From: Promethearchaeota archaeon
Lineage (GTDB): Archaea; Asgardarchaeota; Lokiarchaeia; Sigyniarchaeales; SOKP01
NCBI GenBank assembly: GCA_019057865.1
Contig: JAHLWP010000009.1
Location: 68,046 to 132,045, forward strand
Direction: 5' to 3'
Length of the DNA: 64,000 nucleotides
Shown here: piece after piece, positions 49,462-58,555 of the stretch
Numbering within the stretch: the stretch's first letter is position 1
How the letters are laid out: each line of letters starts with the position of its first letter
Position numbers and translations under genes: made by a program
The notes under the pieces: model-generated
Databases searched by the model: none
Seen by the model: the letters and a program-made list of their open reading frames with translations, nothing else
Told to the model about the DNA's origin: nothing

Positions 49462-51021
49462 ATGCCAATAAATAGAAATAAACTTTTTAATGAATTATTT
49501 AACAAGTTCTTAGAGATTAATACTGATGTTGAAGCTTTAGTCATATCTGATCAAGAAGGTTTAATAATAGCAGGCGAAAAAAGAGAAGATATAGATATAG
49601 AAATAGTTTCAGTTTTAACCGCAATTATTAATCCTGTTTTGGAACGAATTCGTAATGAATTTGCTTTTAAAAAATTTGGCACAGGAAGCTTTGATACAGA
49701 GCATCACCGATTAGTATTTATCTCTATTGATGAAAAAAGGATTCTAAGCTTAGTTTTAAACCATATGGCATCAATTGAAAAAATATCTCCTTATGGGTTT
49801 TTTCTAGCAGAAAAAGTTGCTCAGATATTAACTCTTGAAGAAGGAGATTTAATTCAAGTATCTGTTCCTAATTTTGAATACCAAGCAAAAAATGCTATAC
49901 GATTGAAAAATCAGATATATCAAATGAAAATGGATGTTGGGGGAGAATATCGTTTTAAATTTGTTATTATAGGCAACCATGAAGTAGGAAAAACATCCAT
50001 TATTAGAAGATTTGTAGAAAAGAAATTTTCAGCTGATTACAGGGCCACAATTGGGCTTAATATTTTATCTCATACTTTCGAATTTTATGGTAATGAAATA
50101 TCTGTGACTCTTTGGGACATAGGAGCGCAAAAATATTTTAAACGATTTCGCAAAACATATTATTTAGGGGCTCAAGCAGCATTTCTTGTTTTTGATTTAA
50201 CCAAAAGAGAATCTTTCGATAATATATCAAGTTGGTATGAAGAATTAAAAAGTTTTGTTGAGATTGAAGAATTACCAATTGTGCTTGTCGGAAATAAAAC
50301 TGACTTAACAGAACAGCGAGTAATTTCATATGAAGATAGTGTAAATCTGGCAAATAAATTGTCTGAACGGCAAAAAGTAAAAATATCTTATATTGAGACA
50401 AGCGCTTTAAGCGGAGATAACGTTAGAGACGCATTTAATTTAATATCATATCATTATGTAATGAAGAGTAAAGAAATCGAAGAAGAAAGACGGGGTAATA
50501 TGTTGTATGATGAGATTAAAGCTATATTAGAAAAGAAGATTGTCTTTACACTCTCATTTATTACTGAAAGTCCACATTGGAGTCCTGGTTTACAAATTGT
50601 ATCTAATATTGGACCGTTAGGGGTTTTTTCTGCAATTAGAGACTATGAAGATGAAAGAGTCTTCCAATATTCGAACGGATTAATTTTAAAAGAACATCTC
50701 TATTCATCAATAGATATTTCTAACTCAGATGGTGTATTTTGCATATTTGATGCTAGAGATAAAAAACACATCAATCCTAAATGGAAACAGATTATTATTG
50801 ATATGATAAAGAATCTAAAAAAAGATGGAGTTATCTCGATTGGTATAAGAGTTTCAGAAACAAGTGATTGGTCTCAACTGATTGAAGAATTAAATGTAGA
50901 TGAAGAGTTAGATAAGAAAGAAGTTGTAAACCTCTTATTCTTTAGAATTGGAGATGATTATAGATTAGAAGTATTCGATCAATTAAAAGCAATGCTTAGT
51001 GCTATTAAAGATAAAGTCTAA
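49462..51021 (+). CDS. Roadblock/LC7 plus Rab-like small GTPase plus degenerate GTPase-like domain
   Basis: VISDQEGLII roadblock; G1 GNHEVGKT, G2 ATIG, G3 WDIGAQ, G4 NKTD, G5 TSAL. Confidence 0.88.
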   Translation: MPINRNKLFNELFNKFLEINTDVEALVISDQEGLIIAGEKREDIDIEIVSVLTAIINPVLERIRNEFAFKKFGTGSFDTEHHRLVFISIDEKRILSLVLNHMASIEKISPYGFFLAEKVAQILTLEEGDLIQVSVPNFEYQAKNAIRLKNQIYQMKMDVGGEYRFKFVIIGNHEVGKTSIIRRFVEKKFSADYRATIGLNILSHTFEFYGNEISVTLWDIGAQKYFKRFRKTYYLGAQAAFLVFDLTKRESFDNISSWYEELKSFVEIEELPIVLVGNKTDLTEQRVISYEDSVNLANKLSERQKVKISYIETSALSGDNVRDAFNLISYHYVMKSKEIEEERRGNMLYDEIKAILEKKIVFTLSFITESPHWSPGLQIVSNIGPLGVFSAIRDYEDERVFQYSNGLILKEHLYSSIDISNSDGVFCIFDARDKKHINPKWKQIIIDMIKNLKKDGVISIGIRVSETSDWSQLIEELNVDEELDKKEVVNLLFFRIGDDYRLEVFDQLKAMLSAIKDKV

Positions 51022-51149
51022 ATTCATAAATCTATAAATCCTATAACCAATTTATTTAAATATCTTAATTTTATATAATTTTTATAAAAGTGGTTCAAGA
51101 TTGTGATTTATTAGACACAACCACGGATAATCTTTAAAATTAAAAAAAA

Positions 51150-51245
51150 TCTCAGATCTAATAACTCAGAAACATATCTGTGGATGTTCTTCTCAGACAT
51201 CGCAATTTTGTCGATCGGATGAAATTATTAACCCAACCATATAGT
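51150..51245 (-). ncRNA. Candidate structured small RNA
   Basis: Minus-strand hairpins with G-U pairs, three CTGAG motifs, an upstream TATA and a downstream T8 run. Confidence 0.3.
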
Positions 51246-51423
51246 ATCGGTAATCTACCGTAATCTTTATATATTTAAATAAAGTATTATAATTTAAAGA
51301 AGTTTTTTGTAAAAATTAAAAACTTTTTAAAAAAATTTAATTATAAAGTAGAAAAAGAAACTCAAATTACCTCTGAAAAAGAGGAAATTAACCAAAATAA
51401 ATAAAAAGTGGAGGAATAATAAG

Positions 51424-51636
51424 ATGGCCAAAAAAATTTTTGCCTGGTCGCCCGTTCGAAAGTTAATGAAAGATAATGGCGCTGAAATGGTTGCTCGAGA
51501 TGCTGTTGATGCTTTAATTGACTATTTAGAAAAAATGGCTAAGACAGCAACAAATAAAGCTCTTGAGATGACACGACACGCAGGAAGAAAGAAATTAACT
51601 CTCGGAGATATGGACCTAGCAATGCAATTAATATAA
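51424..51636 (+). CDS. Archaeal histone (HMfA/B fold), tail-less
   Basis: PVRKLMKDNGAEMVARDA...HAGRKKLTLGDMDLA; strong SD GGAGG; poly-T after the stop. Confidence 0.93.
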   Translation: MAKKIFAWSPVRKLMKDNGAEMVARDAVDALIDYLEKMAKTATNKALEMTRHAGRKKLTLGDMDLAMQLI

Positions 51637-51982
51637 ATCATAAATTATGACCTAAATTTTTAAAAATCTTTTTTTATTTTTTTTTAATTTATATTTTTTA
51701 AATTAATCAATTCTTCATTAAAGAGTTGTAAATAAGAATAAATAAAACTTATTGTGGAATGGAATCCCTTTGTAGTGATAATAATAATAGGAATAATGAT
51801 TCTAATTTTTACTTTATTTACAAGAGTAAAAAATGAATATCTTTAATTTTTCGTAATTTTTAAGTTTAAATTTAAACATTCCATTAACTTGAAGAGCGTA
51901 ATTATTCTTTTTTAATAGGTTTTAATAGAATTAAATCATTATTTAATTTACTTTAAATAAATTCAGAAGAATTGATTAAAAT

Positions 51983-52534
51983 ATGGAAAATTCAGAAGTT
52001 CATACATTTATCGAAGGTGAATTAATTGATCTTCTACCTTTAAACTCTAAGCATGTTGATCTTTATTCAAAATGGGAAAATGACCCAAAGGTTCGTAAAT
52101 ATGCTAGAACTGAAATACCTATCACTGTTGAGGAATCGAAAAAATACCTGGAACTAGATAAAGGAAGAACAAGAACGAGAATAATGTTTGAAATTTGGCA
52201 CAAGAAAGACAAAAGACCTATTGGGTTTTGTGAATTTAATGAAATTTATTGGTCTTACCGTATAGCGCATATTGGATATTTAATTGGTGAAATTGAGTAT
52301 TGGGGGAAAGGGATTGGAACTGAACTAGTTAAGTTGCTCCTTGAGTATGGGTTTAAGGAATTGAATCTACATAAAATAGTAGTTGATGTAGTTGTTCCTA
52401 ATGTCAGCTCAATACGATGTCTTGAGAAAAATGGATTTAAACTTGAGGGTACATTGCAGAAAGAAATGTATATAGATGGAAAATATTATGATAACCTGAA
52501 ATATGGGCTATTAAGGGAAGAATGGATTAAATGA
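51983..52534 (+). CDS. RimJ/RimL family GNAT acetyltransferase (copy 1)
   Basis: YWGKGIGTE, LNLHKI, N..SIRCLEKNGF. Confidence 0.92.
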   Translation: MENSEVHTFIEGELIDLLPLNSKHVDLYSKWENDPKVRKYARTEIPITVEESKKYLELDKGRTRTRIMFEIWHKKDKRPIGFCEFNEIYWSYRIAHIGYLIGEIEYWGKGIGTELVKLLLEYGFKELNLHKIVVDVVVPNVSSIRCLEKNGFKLEGTLQKEMYIDGKYYDNLKYGLLREEWIK

Positions 52535-52587
52535 AATATAAGTGGAATTTGCCTATCTTAAAAAATTAAAATACTGAGTGAAAAGAA

Positions 52588-53160
52588 TTGAAAGAACAAG
52601 AAAAAAGAATGAGTAGTCCCTTTATAGAAGGAGAATTAATTGATCTTTGCCCAATAAATTTAGAGAATGTTAAGTTATACTCTAAGTGGGATAATGATCC
52701 ACGAGTACGCAAATATGCAAGAAATATGATACCACATACAATTGACGAGATTAAGAAACGCTATGAACCGGAGAAAGAGAGGATAAAAAGAAGTATAAAT
52801 TTTGAAGTTTGGCATAAAAAAGATAAAAAATTGGTTGGATTAGCAGGATTTAATCATATAAATTGGTATGATCGCAATACCAATATTTTTGCAATAATTG
52901 GAGAAAAAGATTATTGGGGACAAGGAATTGGGACCGAAATTGCCCAATTACTTATAGAGTATGGCTTTAATGAGTTGAATTTGCATAAAATTAAGGCAGG
53001 GATTTTTTCACCAAATAAAATTTCTTTAAGTGTTGCTGAAAAAGGGGGATTTAAATATGAGGCTACGCATAAAGAAGAAATCTATATTGATGGGGAATTT
53101 GTTGATCAGATAAAACTATCGATTTTTAAAGATAATTGGATAAAATCTACAAAAAAATAA
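52588..53160 (+). CDS. RimJ/RimL family GNAT acetyltransferase (copy 2)
   Basis: YWGQGIGTE, LNLHKI. Confidence 0.92.
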   Translation: MKEQEKRMSSPFIEGELIDLCPINLENVKLYSKWDNDPRVRKYARNMIPHTIDEIKKRYEPEKERIKRSINFEVWHKKDKKLVGLAGFNHINWYDRNTNIFAIIGEKDYWGQGIGTEIAQLLIEYGFNELNLHKIKAGIFSPNKISLSVAEKGGFKYEATHKEEIYIDGEFVDQIKLSIFKDNWIKSTKK

Positions 53161-53174
53161 ATTAAATATGAAAA

Positions 53175-53729
53175 ATGGACGATTCTAAACCTTCCACTTT
53201 TATTCAAGGAGAATTAATTGACTTATTGCCGTTAAACTCCGAACATATAAAATTGTATGTCAAATGGGTCAATGACCCTAAAGTACGCATATATGCTCGA
53301 AGTGTATTGCCTCAAACTGTTGAAGAAATGAAAAAATTTCTTGAAAGCCAAGAAAAAGGGGAAAGAACTTTTATTGAATTTGAGATATGGCATAGAATTG
53401 ATAAAAAGCCAATAGGAGATTTAGGTCTTTTTAACATTAATTGGCTTGATTGCAAGGCATATATAGGACTTATAATTGGAGAACCTGAATATTGGGGACA
53501 AGGTATTGGTACAGAAGCCGTTAAATTAATAACGGATTATGGATTTAAAGAATTGAATCTAAATAAGCTTTACGCGATAATTTTTGCCCCAAATAGGACG
53601 TCTCGTCGTTGTTTTGAGAAAAAAAGATATAAGTATGAAGTAGTATTGAAACAAGATGTATTTATTGATGGAGAATTCTTAGATACTTATCTTTATTCTA
53701 TTCTTAAAGAAAATTGGATGAAATCCTAG
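53175..53729 (+). CDS. RimJ/RimL family GNAT acetyltransferase (copy 3)
   Basis: YWGQGIGTE, LNLNKL. Confidence 0.92.
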   Translation: MDDSKPSTFIQGELIDLLPLNSEHIKLYVKWVNDPKVRIYARSVLPQTVEEMKKFLESQEKGERTFIEFEIWHRIDKKPIGDLGLFNINWLDCKAYIGLIIGEPEYWGQGIGTEAVKLITDYGFKELNLNKLYAIIFAPNRTSRRCFEKKRYKYEVVLKQDVFIDGEFLDTYLYSILKENWMKS

Positions 53730-53752
53730 GAAAAAAACTTCATTAATTATAT

Positions 53753-55720
53753 TTATATTGCTTCTAGTAATAATAGAATGAAATTACTACCTTGAGAATA
53801 ATCTCCTATTACTTTGTCTTCGACCCAAATTTTCCCATTATAATATTCTATTATTTTACTAACCAGTGAAAGTCCAAGTCCCATTCCTTTTGAGCCTTTT
53901 GAGTCGCCATTACCTCTTTTAAATATGAAATCTTTCCTATCATCATGAACACCAATTCCATTATCAATGAATTCAAATTTATAGAATGTATTGTTTTCAT
54001 ATATGTGTTTAAAGATTTTAATTAATATTTCAGTATTAGGATTTTCATTATATTTTATAGCATTGATCAATATATTTTCGAAGACATCTTGAAGGAGTTC
54101 ATTAGCGATAACGTTAATCTCATTATCATGATAGTCTATCTGTATATTTATATCTCTTTCAGTATAAGCTTTTTTAACATATTCGATTGATTTTAACAAG
54201 AGATCATAAACCTCAATAGCTTGAATTGGTATTTCGCTTTCTTCAAACTCAGAAAGAATTCTTACATTATTAACTAACTTTGTACCTCGATTAACTTGCT
54301 TTTTTATAATACTTGTAATATTTTCTATATCCTCTAACTGATTGGGATCAGTAAGTTGTAGCGATATGAGTTCTGCTGATGAATTCATTATTTGAAGTAT
54401 GTTATTAATATCATGAGCAAAAAGGTCTTTATAGAAACTGGCACGATCATAAGCATCACGATATCGTTTTTCTGATTCTTTTAATTTTTGTTCTGCTTTT
54501 TTACGGTCATTTATATCAATCACCATTGAGCGAGATTCTATTACCTCTCCAGATTTATCTAGTACTGGCTTTACAGTCAGACTTACCCAAATTGTTTCTC
54601 CATTTTTCTTTTTCATTTTAAACTCTTTATCTTGTATAGGGACTCCTTTAAGAAATCGTTGGAAATATTTTTTTGCTTTTATAATGCCCTCTTCATCATC
54701 TGCATAAAGGTTAAAAACATTCATTTTTAAAAATTCTTCTTTAGAATAACCTAGAAGCTTTTCTGCAGATTTGTTGCAACTCAGTATTAACCGATTTTGA
54801 CTAACAGAAAAATATGGTTTTGGAGCATCTTCATAAAGTTCACGATATTTTTCTTCTGATTCTTTTATCTTTTGTTCTAATTTGAATTTTTCTGTAATGT
54901 CTATAAATGTCCCATCAATTCTTGTGGGATTCCCTTCCTTATCTCGAATTAAATGGGAATTTAAATGTACAATTATTTCCTTACCCTCTTTAGTTAGTGA
55001 ATGGCATATATAATCCTTGACACTACCTTTTTCAAATAATAGATTTATATATTCTTCTCGCTGTTCTGGATATTGCCAAAACATCCTAACATCTTTATCT
55101 TTTAGATCATCTGATGGTTCATATCCTAAAATTATTTTATGTGCTTGATTGAGATTTATCATATGTCCGTCTAAAGTAACTTGATAGAACCCAATATCTA
55201 AGTTTTCTAATAACTCGCGATAATTTTTTTCAGATCCTTCCAACTCTTTAGTTCTTTCCTTGACCTTTTGTTCAAGTTCTTTATTTAAGTGTTTTAATTT
55301 CATTTCTGAGGCTATTATTTTTTGCTTTGCAAGTTTTTTTTCAGTAATATCTTCTATATGTATTAAAACTAACTCAGGAGGAATAAAACTATATCTTATA
55401 CTTAAAGATCTTAATTCTTGAGTTGATTTAACATTATAGTCTATTTCTTTAGACATATTTTTCTGTCTAATAAAACATTTATTTAAATCTTGTATAATTT
55501 TAGGATTATCTTTATAAAATTCTGAAGCTTTTACACCAATTTTTTTTTTAATTTTACCTTGTATGTCTCTATCTGTAGCATCATTATAATCTACTAAAAT
55601 AAAATCGTTATCATAGCGTTGCCAAACATATATAGGGATTGGGATTCCTTCAAATAATTTTCTGATATATTCTTCAGAATTTATTAAAATCTTTTCTATA
55701 GATGTCATTATATTCGCCAA
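53753..55720 (-). CDS. Cytoplasmic three-PAS sensor histidine kinase
   Basis: PAS/PAC repeats (EDITE, IDITE, IDIND), H-box AHDINN, NILINAIKY, DNGIG, GMGLGL. Confidence 0.93.
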   Translation of the reverse strand: MANIMTSIEKILINSEEYIRKLFEGIPIPIYVWQRYDNDFILVDYNDATDRDIQGKIKKKIGVKASEFYKDNPKIIQDLNKCFIRQKNMSKEIDYNVKSTQELRSLSIRYSFIPPELVLIHIEDITEKKLAKQKIIASEMKLKHLNKELEQKVKERTKELEGSEKNYRELLENLDIGFYQVTLDGHMINLNQAHKIILGYEPSDDLKDKDVRMFWQYPEQREEYINLLFEKGSVKDYICHSLTKEGKEIIVHLNSHLIRDKEGNPTRIDGTFIDITEKFKLEQKIKESEEKYRELYEDAPKPYFSVSQNRLILSCNKSAEKLLGYSKEEFLKMNVFNLYADDEEGIIKAKKYFQRFLKGVPIQDKEFKMKKKNGETIWVSLTVKPVLDKSGEVIESRSMVIDINDRKKAEQKLKESEKRYRDAYDRASFYKDLFAHDINNILQIMNSSAELISLQLTDPNQLEDIENITSIIKKQVNRGTKLVNNVRILSEFEESEIPIQAIEVYDLLLKSIEYVKKAYTERDINIQIDYHDNEINVIANELLQDVFENILINAIKYNENPNTEILIKIFKHIYENNTFYKFEFIDNGIGVHDDRKDFIFKRGNGDSKGSKGMGLGLSLVSKIIEYYNGKIWVEDKVIGDYSQGSNFILLLLEAI

Positions 55721-55970
55721 AATTTTTAAATATTAATATATTTGCTTTTGTTTAAAAAAATCTTCTTAAATTTTTAAAATACAATCTTTTTCTTTAATTA
55801 AATATTGTATAGAAAACTTTTTTCATGCATGTTTTTAATATTCTTACTTAGAAGTAATATTAATAATTTTAAAATTAACTTAAAAATTAGAAATGTACGT
55901 TCTTTAGTCAAACACAAGTAATTATCTAAAAAATAAAAAAAAAGAAATATTAATTATTAGTAAAAAAACT

Positions 55971-56219
55971 TTACCCTCCACCTATAGGTGGGAAAATCGC
56001 AATAATATCACCATCTTTAAGAATTGTATTCTGATCTCGATGTGGTCTTCCATTAACCATAATTATAGTTCTTCGTTCTTCTCTTGGAATTTTATATTTT
56101 TCAAATAATAAGTTTATATTACTATCTTCTGGAATTTTCAGAGTTTCCTTAGCTGGCCCATATTCCCTTAATGTAGCAAAGAATTTGACCGTAACCGAAA
56201 TAATTCCATTATTACTCAT
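55971..56219 (-). CDS. moaD: MoaD/SAMP ubiquitin-like protein
   Basis: VKFFATLRE...DGDIIAIFPPIGGG. Confidence 0.92.
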   Translation of the reverse strand: MSNNGIISVTVKFFATLREYGPAKETLKIPEDSNINLLFEKYKIPREERRTIIMVNGRPHRDQNTILKDGDIIAIFPPIGGG

Positions 56220-56499
56220 CTTCTTCTCTCTTAAAATACCATTTATATAACAATCCCATGTTTCTTGGAAATAGTGCGATTAGATCTCCATTTTCTACTT
56301 TTTTATGAAATCCTGAGTATCTGTGATTGACAAATATATGACTCACTTCATTTTCATTTATGTTCAACTTTTTTAAGATATCTGAAATATATGTAATCTC
56401 TGTATTATCTACATCTAAAATAACCGGTGATCCCTCAGAAGTTATTTTTTGTTGTGTTATTTTTCTTAGATCTCCAAAGAGTTTTACTTGAATTGTCAT
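56212..56499 (-). CDS. MoaD-like beta-grasp protein lacking the C-terminal GG
   Basis: VKLFGDLR...FVN...NGDLIALFP, then RNMGLLYKWYFKREEDE. Confidence 0.8.
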   Translation of the reverse strand: MTIQVKLFGDLRKITQQKITSEGSPVILDVDNTEITYISDILKKLNINENEVSHIFVNHRYSGFHKKVENGDLIALFPRNMGLLYKWYFKREEDE

Positions 56500-56515
56500 C
56501 TATCTACATAGTTTG

Positions 56516-58246
56516 TTAAAATACGCTATCTAAATCTTCATCCGATACATTAAATACTTCATTAGTAGGTGGTAATTTCTCCTCTAAGAAAAATTCAGGT
56601 AGTCTATCATGTAATGGTGTAAATCCTGCTTTTTTATTGAAATCAAGTTCTATATCAATAATCTGCTTTCCAATCGGTGCCACATCATCAACAGTTAAAT
56701 TCGCTCCTAAGACACCATTTAAAGATTCAACAACACCTTCTAATCCTTCAGGAATATCAAGTACCGCAAAAGCTATGAAAAGACAGTAGCCTGATGCATC
56801 AATAGCTGCGGTAGCAAGTTGTAAATTACGAGAAACTTCTGCTTTATTTGGATCTCTTGGATCAAGTTGACCTCCTACTCCCAAAATCTCAGGAGCGATA
56901 GCATAACCCGCTGTGTGGTCAGCCCCCATAGGAGTAGTAGCATAAGTAACACCAATTCCCTTTATAGCTCTTGGATCATAGGCAGGTAATGACTGCCCTT
57001 TAACTGTCGGTATCCTAGTTACTCCCAATACTTTACCAGTGATTTCTGTTCCATTAGCTAATATTTTTCCAGTGGGGGTCCTTTTACGAATTTCCTCCAT
57101 TAGTTTAAGAGCGCCTTTTCCATCTCCGAAATTAATTAAGCCACCTTCCATTGCCACGGCAATAGTACATCCTGCTTCGATCGTATCCATCCCTAAATCA
57201 TTACAAGCACGATTAAGCTCACCTATTTCATCTAAGTCATAAATGCCACAATTAGGACCAAGAGCCCAAACACTTTCATATTCTAACACTCCAACTGGAT
57301 CTTTTCCGCCTGGTTTTACCCAAACTTCAGAACATTGTATTATACAGCCTGGATTACAAAAATGAGGTCGTTGACCACCTCTCTTCTTGATTTCTTCAGC
57401 CTTAGCTTCACCGGAAACTTTCTCAGATCGAGAATCTTGACCACTAGAAAAATTTCTTTGAGGTAGTCCTCCTGCTTCATTTATTATATTAACTAATACG
57501 GCTGTCCCATATGAATTGAGAGCACCCTCAGGTTTAGTAACATCATGAGTCATTAGAGCATCTCTGAGTTTCTTTATTCCTTGTTTAAACACATCTTGAT
57601 TTGCAATTTCCACTCCTGGAGCGCCATTTTCATCAACAACTATAAATTTTAATCCTTTAGATGCCATGACAGCCCCAAGTCCACCTCTTCCTGCATATCT
57701 GCTAGATAATCCTTCAGGATCATTAAAACATAATCCCGAATTAGCTCCAAGAAGTTCAGCAGCTATTCCAACACCACAAATTCCCACCTTATCTCCAAAT
57801 TCTTTAAAGAGATCCTTATAAACACCATATAAACCTTTCCCAGACCATTTATTTGCATTAATAAATTCAGCACTATCATTAGTCACTTTTAATAAGTAAT
57901 AATCATCTCCTTCATGCTTACCCTCTACAATTATTGCACCTATACGCATTCTTGCCACCATCTGAGCGAAAGGAGTTCCAGCATTAGCCTCCTTAATACC
58001 ACCAGTTAAAGGTGATTTTCCACCAACGGAAATTCTACCAGATGATGGAGCAGCTGTTCCTGTTACGATTCCAGGAGCTAAAATTAACTTATTATGGGAT
58101 CCTAGTGGCTCACAGGTTGCAGGAACTTCTTTAGCTACAATAGTTGAGGTCATACCACGTCCTCCTAAAGCTGCGTATTCTTCAGGTAAATCTTCAAATT
58201 TAGCCTCTAGATTACTCATATTTACTCTTAAAATTCTTTTTGGCAA
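56516..58246 (-). CDS. aor: Aldehyde:ferredoxin oxidoreductase family
   Basis: KSPLTGGIKE, GRGGLGAVMASK, CNPGCIIQC, EYES, PAYDPR, GADHT. SD GAGGTGA, 5 nt, then TTG 58246. Confidence 0.95.
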   Translation of the reverse strand: MPKRILRVNMSNLEAKFEDLPEEYAALGGRGMTSTIVAKEVPATCEPLGSHNKLILAPGIVTGTAAPSSGRISVGGKSPLTGGIKEANAGTPFAQMVARMRIGAIIVEGKHEGDDYYLLKVTNDSAEFINANKWSGKGLYGVYKDLFKEFGDKVGICGVGIAAELLGANSGLCFNDPEGLSSRYAGRGGLGAVMASKGLKFIVVDENGAPGVEIANQDVFKQGIKKLRDALMTHDVTKPEGALNSYGTAVLVNIINEAGGLPQRNFSSGQDSRSEKVSGEAKAEEIKKRGGQRPHFCNPGCIIQCSEVWVKPGGKDPVGVLEYESVWALGPNCGIYDLDEIGELNRACNDLGMDTIEAGCTIAVAMEGGLINFGDGKGALKLMEEIRKRTPTGKILANGTEITGKVLGVTRIPTVKGQSLPAYDPRAIKGIGVTYATTPMGADHTAGYAIAPEILGVGGQLDPRDPNKAEVSRNLQLATAAIDASGYCLFIAFAVLDIPEGLEGVVESLNGVLGANLTVDDVAPIGKQIIDIELDFNKKAGFTPLHDRLPEFFLEEKLPPTNEVFNVSDEDLDSVF

Positions 58247-58555
58247 ATTTTTCACCTCTTTATTTTTTAGGCATTATATGATTGTGATGAGTCCTTATTT
58301 ATACATTTTCAATTTGGAGCATAATCTCGATATGTATGAATAATCCAATCGACTTATGGAAAGCATAGGGATTTGAAATACTAAGTTTGCCATAGAATCA
58401 AAAAAACTTTTTAATTTTAAAGTCTTTATATCTTTTTGAATAAAATGAACAAATATAAGATGTATGAAGATGAATTTCTTTTCCTTAAAATTATCCAAAG
58501 TGGAGAGATTATTAAAATTGTATTAACAGAAACGAATTTAAAGAAGAAGTTTGAT

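Noticed and set aside
58256-58555. Moco/Wco riboswitch, or the 67-aa ORF 58295-58498, upstream of AOR
   Set aside because: No recognisable aptamer consensus; the ORF has no motif and overlaps the likely promoter.
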